NCBI GenBank assembly: GCA_014729735.1 | Contig: WJJN01000117.1 | Location: forward strand, 1 to 37,151 | Length of the DNA stretch: 37,151 nucleotides | Reading direction: 5' to 3' | Origin: Candidatus Zhuqueibacterota bacterium | Lineage (GTDB): Bacteria > Zhuqueibacterota > Zhuqueibacteria > Thermofontimicrobiales > Thiofontviventaceae | In this document: in pieces, positions 9,214 to 17,361 of the stretch | Layout: every line of letters starts with the position of its first letter | Position numbering within the stretch: position 1 is the first letter of the stretch | Translations under genes and position numbers: made by a program | Notes under the pieces: model-generated | What the model was told of the DNA's origin: nothing | The model's input: only the letters and a program-made list of their open reading frames with translations | Database searches by the model: none

Positions 9214-10866
9214 ATGAAAAGACGTACTTTTATAAAACATGCTGCCACGATTGGCGCCGCGGCAGTCATAAATCCCGTTGATATTTTTGGTGAAATATTT
9301 CGGGGAAATTCCGGTTATTTCAGGATTCACCCATTCATTGAAAATAACCCGGATGCTGTCTTTATCATGAAAACAGACGTTCAACAAAAATCCGACTCAA
9401 CCGCTATCAAACAAATCGGTCTTGAATTCGGGCGCACAGTTTTTCTGGGATCGGATGCTGCGGAAAATAGAGTCCCTCTTACTCATAATATTGTTATTAA
9501 ACCGAATTTGACGCGGCGTTACAGAGAAAATCCGCAATATACGATTGAAGGGACCATGGGAATCGTCACAGACTCGAGTTTCATCGAAGGCATAATCGAA
9601 AGCATGAAGGAATTGGGACTGGCAGGTAATCAATTTTATTTACGGGAAGTAAATTGTGATGACATCGAATGGGAGCACGGCGGTTTTTGGGACGTGTGCG
9701 AGCGAACCGGTGCAGACCTGCAGAATTTCGATATCAATATCGAGGATATGGATCCTGAAAACGTTCACTGGGTTGATGTTCCGGATGGTATCTATTTCAA
9801 TAGACTCCCTTATGTCGCACCTGTGAATACACCTGATAGCTGGCTACTCAATATTGCGAAATTTAAAGCGCACGGCATGGGATTAACTTTATGCGCAAAA
9901 AACCTGCAGGGCACGATTGTCAAGGAGTATCAGGGGCACTGCCGTTCACTCAGCTCTTATGTGAGAAAGCAGGGCATTTCCAAAGACAATATTCGCCCGA
10001 CTGCCGAAAGCGACGTGCAAAATAATTATGAACGTCACAAATCAGACATCCCGCGCTGGGATAAGCCGAACGGACCGTTAAGCGGACAACGAATGGAAAC
10101 ATGGGCTACTCGTTGCCTGGATAATAACTCTGTCACAAAACCCGGATTGCATATCATCGAGGGAATTTATGGCAGGAATGGTAATTTTATCAACGGACCT
10201 CACGCTTCGGACGGCAGTATTGATCTGAACAACAAAAATAATCTTGCAAAAGATTTCTTGTCAAATATTCTCATCTTTGGCAAAAATCCGTTTTATGTAG
10301 ATATTGTCGGTCATTGGCTCGGTGGGCACGAGCCAGGGAATATCGGACTTTTTCATGTGGCGATGGAACGGGGCTTTATCGATTATCTGAATCCAATGGA
10401 TATTCCGGTATATGAATGGAAATCCGATGGCTCGGCAATCAAGACACCTCTGACCAATTTTGAAAAAACGCCATTGGTGACATATTATCTACAAAGAAAT
10501 TATGACGGACAGGATGAATCTTACTGGCATTTAATGGATGAGCCTTTTGACTATAGCAAATTTTCAAAGGTCAATGTCGCACAGAAAAATGCAGAAAAAC
10601 CGGGCACATTCATACTCGCTCAAAATTATCCGAATCCGTTTAACAATAGTACGTCCATACAATACTCGATTCCGAAAAACGGACACGTTCGTATCGATGT
10701 CATTAATTCATCCGGGCAGGTTGTGGATCAGTTGGTGAATCGATTTCATGCGGGAGGAAATTACATGGTCAACTGGAACACGGCACACGTCGCATCGGGA
10801 ACGTATTTTTATCGTTTTTCTTATGATGGATTTCACGAAGTCAAAAAAATGGTGTTGCTGAGATAG
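9214..10866 (+). CDS. DUF362 domain protein with Tat leader and T9SS C-terminal sorting domain
   Basis: Leader MKRRTFIKHAATIGAAAV. DUF362 motifs are IVIKPNLT, IAKFKAHGMGLTLCAKNLQG, IIEGIYGRNGNF and LIFGKNPFYVDIVGHWLGGHEP. It ends in a T9SS CTD. Confidence 0.78.
   Translation: MKRRTFIKHAATIGAAAVINPVDIFGEIFRGNSGYFRIHPFIENNPDAVFIMKTDVQQKSDSTAIKQIGLEFGRTVFLGSDAAENRVPLTHNIVIKPNLTRRYRENPQYTIEGTMGIVTDSSFIEGIIESMKELGLAGNQFYLREVNCDDIEWEHGGFWDVCERTGADLQNFDINIEDMDPENVHWVDVPDGIYFNRLPYVAPVNTPDSWLLNIAKFKAHGMGLTLCAKNLQGTIVKEYQGHCRSLSSYVRKQGISKDNIRPTAESDVQNNYERHKSDIPRWDKPNGPLSGQRMETWATRCLDNNSVTKPGLHIIEGIYGRNGNFINGPHASDGSIDLNNKNNLAKDFLSNILIFGKNPFYVDIVGHWLGGHEPGNIGLFHVAMERGFIDYLNPMDIPVYEWKSDGSAIKTPLTNFEKTPLVTYYLQRNYDGQDESYWHLMDEPFDYSKFSKVNVAQKNAEKPGTFILAQNYPNPFNNSTSIQYSIPKNGHVRIDVINSSGQVVDQLVNRFHAGGNYMVNWNTAHVASGTYFYRFSYDGFHEVKKMVLLR
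10609..10863 (+). other. T9SS type-A C-terminal sorting domain, copy 2
   Basis: FILAQNYPNPFNNSTSIQYSIPKNGHVRIDVINSSGQVVDQLV...ASGTYFYRFSYDGFHEVKKMVLLR. Confidence 0.85.
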
Positions 10867-11006
10867 AACTAACGTGATAAGATAAAAATCAGGACAGAAG
10901 GATTTTGTAAATCTAATTGTTCGTAAATAATGCTTTTAATGTCACCGATGTTTTCATTTATAAAAAAAAACAGCATTTTTCACCCTCAACTGAGAAATAG
11001 AAACAG

Positions 11007-12539
11007 ATGCAAAAAAAACTTCAATATCTAATTGTTTTACATTTATTTTTTGTCTCTATTATGAATGCTCAGCACACTGGCGAGGCTTTCTTTGAAAATT
11101 TATCTGATCTGCCTTATCTTTATCAGGATATCCGGGCAATTTATCTCACCAGTTATGATCGCAGCGGTGGAAATGATGATGGTTTTCACGGTACGTATTC
11201 CGAAATTTACAGAGACGAAAATGGCGAGCATGTCATTTTTGATGAAGAGGGCTCAGGCTGCGTTTACGGCGTATACTTTACTCATCCGGCGAATTTCACT
11301 CTCGGTAGACTGAAATTTTATTTTCACAATGAAAAAGCATTGCGTATCGATGTGGACGCAGACAGCTTTTTCGCCCGCAGATACGCACCATTTATTTATC
11401 CATTGGTTTATGACCGATATATATCATCCGGTGGATTCTCGTCTGTTGTGCCGATTTCATTTTCACAAGGATTGAAGATCACTACGGAACGAAAACCCGG
11501 ATTTTATGGCATTTACTATCATTTGATAAAGGGACGGAAAATTACATCTTATCAGAAAAAGAGCGATTTCAAAAACTTGATTGATTTGTTCCAAAAGTGC
11601 GGCGCAGATCCTAAACAAAATGCAGAGGTCGATTCTGTGTACGAAACAGTGGTAGATCTAGAGGGTGCAAACGTTGGTGAAATACGGCATGTATTTTCAT
11701 ATCAGGCAGAGGGCGTGGTGCAATTCATTCGCCTGAATCCGCTGTTTACACCGGACGCATTCGCGCTGAATCATACCAATTTAAAAATTACTTTTGATGA
11801 TGACACATCAACCACATTTTCCGTACCCATCGGCTCGTTTTTCGGTTCCGGTCTGGGCGAAACCGAGGTCAGGAGCCTGTTCGTCGGCATGTCGCCGTCG
11901 GGATCATATTATTGTTATTTCCCGATGCCTTTTCAAAACAGCCTGAAAATCGAACTGGAAAACATGAAATACAATGCAAGCGATTATCCAAAAACAATTG
12001 AGCAGTATTATTTTGAGATCGGTATCTCCACGAAATTTCTCAAAAATAGAACTGACGCCGAAATTGGGTATTTCGGTGCCAGCTACAGCCATGCCTATCC
12101 GGCGACAGGCGGTGATGACTATCGGCTGTTCGATTACACTGGTCGCGGAGCCGTATTAGGTCATGTGGTTACGATCGAGCCGGTGCATGATGATGTAAAA
12201 AAATGGTGGGAAGGCGATTTGCGAATGTGGATTGATGGTGAGACGGAGCCATCATTTCATGGCACAGGACATGAGGAAGATTTGTCCCAGGGTGGCTGGT
12301 CCAGCTTTTGGCTGATGAATCCGTTTACGCTGCCGCTTTTTGGGGAGCCAAAAACCACAGGACATCGGATGATTGACGGGCAGACAAACGCCAGCACCAC
12401 AACGTACCGTTTTTATCCGGGCACGATTCCGTTCTCAACATCAATGAAAATCAGTATCGAACATGGCACGAAAAATAACCGGGCAGCGAATTATTCGTCG
12501 GTGGTTTATTATTACTATGATCCGGTGCAGACAAAGTAG
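11007..12539 (+). CDS. DUF2961 / glycoside hydrolase family 172 protein, secreted
   Basis: Signal peptide MQKKLQYLIVLHLFFVSIMNA. Family-typical motifs are SYDRSGGNDDG near the N-terminus and WWEGDLRMWIDGETEPSFHGTGHEED near the C-terminus. Confidence 0.82.
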   Translation: MQKKLQYLIVLHLFFVSIMNAQHTGEAFFENLSDLPYLYQDIRAIYLTSYDRSGGNDDGFHGTYSEIYRDENGEHVIFDEEGSGCVYGVYFTHPANFTLGRLKFYFHNEKALRIDVDADSFFARRYAPFIYPLVYDRYISSGGFSSVVPISFSQGLKITTERKPGFYGIYYHLIKGRKITSYQKKSDFKNLIDLFQKCGADPKQNAEVDSVYETVVDLEGANVGEIRHVFSYQAEGVVQFIRLNPLFTPDAFALNHTNLKITFDDDTSTTFSVPIGSFFGSGLGETEVRSLFVGMSPSGSYYCYFPMPFQNSLKIELENMKYNASDYPKTIEQYYFEIGISTKFLKNRTDAEIGYFGASYSHAYPATGGDDYRLFDYTGRGAVLGHVVTIEPVHDDVKKWWEGDLRMWIDGETEPSFHGTGHEEDLSQGGWSSFWLMNPFTLPLFGEPKTTGHRMIDGQTNASTTTYRFYPGTIPFSTSMKISIEHGTKNNRAANYSSVVYYYYDPVQTK

Positions 12540-12659
12540 ACCCGGGGTTGGTCTACTCGGATATAAAGACCGACGATCCGGAGTGAATCGCCTTTATGCG
12601 ATTCATTTCCACCCTGGCGAGATAAAAGATTGGAGTCTAACTGTCAGTATTCAAAAAAT

Positions 12660-12674
12660 GAAAATTCAAACCAA
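12660..12674 (+). promoter_or_regulatory. leader motif GAAAAT-N2-AAACCAA, 11 nt upstream of the GH20 start
   Basis: Read directly. The same bipartite pattern is at 17329-17344 and 32829-32845. Confidence 0.3.
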
Positions 12675-12685
12675 GATTTAAAAAC

Positions 12686-14839
12686 ATGATAAAAGCAGTA
12701 AAGCTTTTTTTACTATCAATAATCTTTTTGTCTACATATAGCGCTTCGGCAAAAGCCGATTTCTTCGAATCATTTAAAATAATTCCATCGCCGCAAAGGA
12801 TTGAGTTCTTTAAGGGAGATAGTCTAAAATTCAATGAATTGACAGGCATCTATTTAGAAAATATCGATCAGCGTCCGGTGATGGGATCCATTCTTTCGGG
12901 ATTACCACAAACAGAGCAGGCGCAGCGACAGCATATTCTGATATTACAGCGAACAGAGCAGAATGTACCGGAATCTTCTGAGGGCTATATTTTGCAGATA
13001 CGAGACAGCAATATCACCATTTCAGCGCGTAGCGAAGCCGGACTATTTTACGGCTGCCAGACGCTGGAACAGCTTTTGGAAGATGCACGGGATCAGCACA
13101 TTGCAATTCCAGCCTGCAAAATCATCGATTATCCGGTAATGAACTACCGGGCGATTCATATCGATGTGAAGCATCATCTGGACCGGATGCGCTATTATTA
13201 TGATATTGTTGATCGGGCAGCGCGCTACAAAATCAATGCGATTATTTTTGAATTCGAGGATAAGCTTGGCTATCGCCGGCGACCGCTGATTGCTGCGCCT
13301 CATGGGATCAGTATCGAGGAGATGGCGGCACTTACACGATATGCCCGTGAACGTCGCATCGAAATTTCACCGCTGGTTCAGGGATTGGGTCATGCGACGT
13401 TTATTTTGAAACATGGCAAATACAGGCACCTCAGAGATAATCCCACCAGTCCGTGGACCTTCTGTCCGATGAATGAAGAGACGTACGAGCTGCAATTCGA
13501 TCTTTATCGCGACGCCATCGAAGCCACGCCCGGTTCCCGGTTTTTGCATATCGGAGGCGATGAAGTTGAGTTGGGTCACAGTTCACTATCCCGGGAATTT
13601 CTAAAAACACACGATGAAGCTGATTTATATTTGCACTGGTTGAAAACGATCACCGATTTTGTGAAACGTCAGGGGCGAACGCCGATTTTATGGGATGACA
13701 TGCCATTCAAATTCGCCGGGCTCTGGCAGTCTGTGGAACATGGCAGGGATGAAACCGAGGAAGAAGCAGCAACGGTCTGGAATAACAATTTATCAACATT
13801 GAATCAAATGGTGCAGCGGTTTCCGCAGGATGCGATTTTTGTCAGATGGCATTACGGGACAGCGCATACTGCACGCTATCCCGGAATGCTTCGGGTGCTG
13901 GACTGGTACCGCAGTATGGGATTGCAGGCATGGATCGCAACAGCAGCGCAGACCAGTAATGAATTGTTTCCGCATAAAGATCATGCCATTGCCACTAAAA
14001 AGTTCATCGATGTGGCGACAGAATACGGGATACCCGGCAATATTTGTACAGCCTGGGATGATGCATCTCCTCATTTTGAAACGTATTGGTTCGGATTCAT
14101 TGCTGCGGCAGAATATAGCTGGCAACCTGACGGGAGAACGCTGCCTGAATTTGAAGACGCCTACCAACAGCGGGAATTTGGTCCGTTCGCTGAAAATGTG
14201 CTCCGGGTTTATAAAAATATGTGTGATGCAGCAAAATTCTGGTCCCGGGCATTTTACAAATCCTCGTTTCGCCGTAAAAATCAAAATGTTCTGTATCACG
14301 ATTTCAGCACACCAACTGCATTAAGTTTTGAACAATACAAACAACGATTCATTGATGTGCCCGATTTATCACAGCCCGGCTCCTGGAAACAATCATATCA
14401 TGATCGGCTTGAAGGTGCCAGAGAAATTCTGAAGAAGTGTCGACAAAATCACGAATGGATTCGACATCTTAAGAACAAATCAATCCGAAACCGCTATCAC
14501 TGGCAGATTTGCGACGCGATCAATGATTTTTCTGCAACACCTGCACAGTTGTTATTAGCGCTCCAAAAAATGGACACTGCAAATACCGAACAGCGCAAAG
14601 CCGGAGTACAACCAGTGATGAATGCATTCGAGCAATTTGATGCAGCCTGGGAAAATTTGAAAATGATTTTCGGGAAAACGCGTTTTCTAACATACCCGCA
14701 AAATTACGTTCAGGATCGTTATTCGCATTTTGCCAGTCAGGCAGAAGATATTTCATTCATGATTCAAACCGAGAAGTTATTCCACCCGCTGGTGCGGGAG
14801 TGGTTGCGTGAGAATGGATATCTATCGGGTGATTTCTAA
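12686..14839 (+). CDS. GH20 beta-N-acetylhexosaminidase, secreted
   Basis: Signal peptide MIKAVKLFLLSIIFLSTYSASA. GLFYGCQTLEQLL and YRAIHIDVKHH mark the start of the catalytic TIM barrel. The catalytic H-x-G-G-D-E motif is FLHIGGDEV. Confidence 0.88.
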   Translation: MIKAVKLFLLSIIFLSTYSASAKADFFESFKIIPSPQRIEFFKGDSLKFNELTGIYLENIDQRPVMGSILSGLPQTEQAQRQHILILQRTEQNVPESSEGYILQIRDSNITISARSEAGLFYGCQTLEQLLEDARDQHIAIPACKIIDYPVMNYRAIHIDVKHHLDRMRYYYDIVDRAARYKINAIIFEFEDKLGYRRRPLIAAPHGISIEEMAALTRYARERRIEISPLVQGLGHATFILKHGKYRHLRDNPTSPWTFCPMNEETYELQFDLYRDAIEATPGSRFLHIGGDEVELGHSSLSREFLKTHDEADLYLHWLKTITDFVKRQGRTPILWDDMPFKFAGLWQSVEHGRDETEEEAATVWNNNLSTLNQMVQRFPQDAIFVRWHYGTAHTARYPGMLRVLDWYRSMGLQAWIATAAQTSNELFPHKDHAIATKKFIDVATEYGIPGNICTAWDDASPHFETYWFGFIAAAEYSWQPDGRTLPEFEDAYQQREFGPFAENVLRVYKNMCDAAKFWSRAFYKSSFRRKNQNVLYHDFSTPTALSFEQYKQRFIDVPDLSQPGSWKQSYHDRLEGAREILKKCRQNHEWIRHLKNKSIRNRYHWQICDAINDFSATPAQLLLALQKMDTANTEQRKAGVQPVMNAFEQFDAAWENLKMIFGKTRFLTYPQNYVQDRYSHFASQAEDISFMIQTEKLFHPLVREWLRENGYLSGDF

Positions 14840-14909
14840 ATTTCGGATATTGCATGATTTTATTCATTGAGAATTATCTTTCTAAACCGGTGTAAATGAG
14901 GAGACTATT

Positions 14910-17210
14910 ATGAGACCGATATTTCAAAATTTTATGTTGTTTCTTGCAGTAAGCGTATTGTTGAACTGTTCACAAAAAACAGATCTCGTACCGCTAAATT
15001 GGATTCATTTATCCAGCCAACATGCCGCGCTTCAAAAGCCGTCGACATCGACGCAGCAAACCGCCTCGCTTATTCTTGATATTGATAAAGACGGATTGAA
15101 TGATTTTGTAATTTGCGGCAGAAAAGCACAGCCATCCGTGTGCTGGTATCAACGCATCGCCACCGGATGGAAAAAATATGTCATCGATGCTGAGATTCTT
15201 CCCATCGAAGCAGGTGGCACATTTACGGATGTCGACGGAGACGGGGATCAGGATATTATCATGGGAGGAGACACGTCTACTAATGAATTGTGGTGGTGGG
15301 AAAATCCGTACCCGGAATTCGATCCCGCGGTGACATGGATACGGCGGCAGATAAAGAACTCAGGTGACAGGCAATCGCACGATCAGTTATGTGGTGATTT
15401 TGACGGTGATGGCAGGGATGAGTTAGTGTTCTGGAATCAGCGGGGAAAGAAATTGTATTTCTCTGAAATCCCTGAAAACCCCGGAACTGATGCGCCCTGG
15501 GATATCGAAGTCATGTGGTCATGGAATGTTGATTTCAAGTATGAGGGACTGGCAAAGGGCGATATTGATGGTGACGGTATCGATGACGTCGTTGGTGGCG
15601 GACGCTGGTTTAAAAGAAGCGATGAAAATTGGGAAGTGCATGTCGTTGATGCGGATTATGGCAGCTCCCGCTCTGCGGTTGCGGATTTGGTTCGGGGCGA
15701 CAGACCGGAAATCGTTTTAGCCTCCGGTGATATGGTGGGACCATTAAATGTGTACCAGTGGGACGGAAGTAAATGGTTGAAAACGACGCTCGTTGATTCG
15801 GTAGATCACGGGCACAGTCTGGATGTTGTGGACATGAATGGTGACGGATATTGTGATATTTTTTGTGCTGAAATGCGGTTGAGCGGGCGAAATCCTGACT
15901 CGCGCATGTACATTTTTCTGGGCGATGGAAACGGAAATTTCGTTCAGACCGAAGTCGCACAGGGATATGGCAACCACGAATCCCGTGTGGCTGATCTGGA
16001 TGGGGACGGTGATGTCGATATTTTGGGAAAACCATACAATTGGAATTCTCCGCGGGTGGATATCTGGCTGAATGAACCGCTTGCCAAAGATCTGGAATTA
16101 ACACAATGGGAACGTCTTGTGATCGACACAAAGAAACCGTACAAAAGTGTTTTTATTTACCCCGGTGATCTGGATAATGACGGATTGATTGATATTGCTT
16201 CCGGCAGTTGGTGGTATAAAAATCCCGGAACCACCAGTGGCACCTGGGAGAGAAAAATGATTGGCGAACCTTTGTACAATCTGGGCTTAATTTACGATTT
16301 TGATGGTGATGGCGATTTGGATGTATTCGGAACTCAGGAACGGGAAAAAGATAATACCGCACTGTTTGCCTGGGCGCAAAATAATGGCGATGGCACTTTT
16401 AAGCTTTATGAAAATATTGAACCGGGTAAAGGAGATTTTCTGCAAGGAACAGATGTGGTGACACTGATCCGTAAGCAGGATGAATTGAAAAATTCGCCTC
16501 CCTGGTATAGTGATTTAAAAATCGTACTTTCCTGGCATAAGGGCGGGATGGGCGTGCAGGCTGTTACTGTACCGGCAGAACCGACATTGGAAACATGGGC
16601 ATGGGGAGTTATCAGCGAGGTGTCGCAGGATGAGCAGCTCACCGTGGCGGATATCGACGGCGATCGGTTGCAGGATATTCATCTGGGAACCAGGTGGCTG
16701 AAATGTGAAGATCGCAACGGCGATCAATGGTCGCTGCACACCATCAATGAAATTGAACAATTGCCGGATCGAAATCGGATTGCGGATATGGACAAGGACG
16801 GTCGGCTGGATGTGGTGATCGGCTTTGAGACCGCGGATATTCACGGGAAATTAGCGTGGTATGAGCAAGGTGAAGTTCCCACTGATTTATGGACAGAACA
16901 TGTTATCGATAGTCTGCCGGGACGCGCGATGAGCCTTGATGTGGCTGATATGGACCTCGACGGAGATATGGATATTGTGGTAGGTGAACATTTTTCTGAT
17001 CTGAAAAAACCTGAGGAAGCAGACCTGTTTGTTTACGAAAATCTGAATGGCGACGCGCTGTCCTGGCAGAAACATCTCATTTACACCGGAGACGAGCACC
17101 ACGATGGTACCCAGATATGCGACATCGACGCTGATGGCGATTTGGATATCATTTCCATCGGCTGGAAACACCCGCGGGTGGTTTTGTATGAAAATAAGTC
17201 CATTGATTAG
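14910..17210 (+). CDS. FG-GAP/VCBS repeat (beta-propeller) lipoprotein
   Basis: Lipobox-like LLNCS. More than 10 Ca-binding-type repeats are present (DVDGDGDQDII, DFDGDGRDELV, DIDGDGIDDVV, DMNGDGYCDIF, DLDGDGDVDIL, DFDGDGDLDVF, DMDLDGDMDIV, DIDADGDLDII). GAGGAG sits 6 nt before the ATG. Confidence 0.85.
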   Translation: MRPIFQNFMLFLAVSVLLNCSQKTDLVPLNWIHLSSQHAALQKPSTSTQQTASLILDIDKDGLNDFVICGRKAQPSVCWYQRIATGWKKYVIDAEILPIEAGGTFTDVDGDGDQDIIMGGDTSTNELWWWENPYPEFDPAVTWIRRQIKNSGDRQSHDQLCGDFDGDGRDELVFWNQRGKKLYFSEIPENPGTDAPWDIEVMWSWNVDFKYEGLAKGDIDGDGIDDVVGGGRWFKRSDENWEVHVVDADYGSSRSAVADLVRGDRPEIVLASGDMVGPLNVYQWDGSKWLKTTLVDSVDHGHSLDVVDMNGDGYCDIFCAEMRLSGRNPDSRMYIFLGDGNGNFVQTEVAQGYGNHESRVADLDGDGDVDILGKPYNWNSPRVDIWLNEPLAKDLELTQWERLVIDTKKPYKSVFIYPGDLDNDGLIDIASGSWWYKNPGTTSGTWERKMIGEPLYNLGLIYDFDGDGDLDVFGTQEREKDNTALFAWAQNNGDGTFKLYENIEPGKGDFLQGTDVVTLIRKQDELKNSPPWYSDLKIVLSWHKGGMGVQAVTVPAEPTLETWAWGVISEVSQDEQLTVADIDGDRLQDIHLGTRWLKCEDRNGDQWSLHTINEIEQLPDRNRIADMDKDGRLDVVIGFETADIHGKLAWYEQGEVPTDLWTEHVIDSLPGRAMSLDVADMDLDGDMDIVVGEHFSDLKKPEEADLFVYENLNGDALSWQKHLIYTGDEHHDGTQICDIDADGDLDIISIGWKHPRVVLYENKSID

Positions 17211-17318
17211 AAATATTAAAGAGAAAATGACATTCTCTTGAGTTTTGGCGGTTCATGGAAAGGCTTTTTATGCAATGCTACTGAAAGCCATAAAGGGATT
17301 TCACTCCGATCACGTTCG

Positions 17319-17344
17319 AATTTAAATCGAAAATGTTAAACCAA
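17319..17344 (+). promoter_or_regulatory. conserved leader motif AATTTAAATCGAAAAT-N3-AAACCAA upstream of sulfatase
   Basis: The 16-nt block is identical to 32819-32834 and the AAACCAA block is shared. It ends 17 nt before the ATG at 17362. TTCGAATTTAAAT (17316-17328) recurs at 30662-30674. Confidence 0.4.
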
Positions 17345-17361
17345 TTGAGGGAATTTAAATA

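Noticed and set aside
12535-12604. Two short perfect hairpins after the GH172 stop: GTAGACC-N7-GGTCTAC at 12535-12555 and GAATCGC-N6-GCGATTC at 12585-12604.
   Set aside because: The stems are only 7 bp and neither is followed by a T-run. This is too weak to call terminators or riboregulators without transcript-end data.
13793-14299. 168-aa antisense ORF and a 164-aa out-of-frame + ORF (13830..14324) inside the GH20 gene.
   Set aside because: The antisense ORF is codon-aligned with the GH20 frame, and neither product has a recognisable motif. The GH20 frame is continuous and carries the family motifs.
15610-16131. 173-aa antisense ORF within the FG-GAP gene.
   Set aside because: It is rich in Pro/Arg/His with low-complexity translation. 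The sense frame shows regular FG-GAP repeats throughout.
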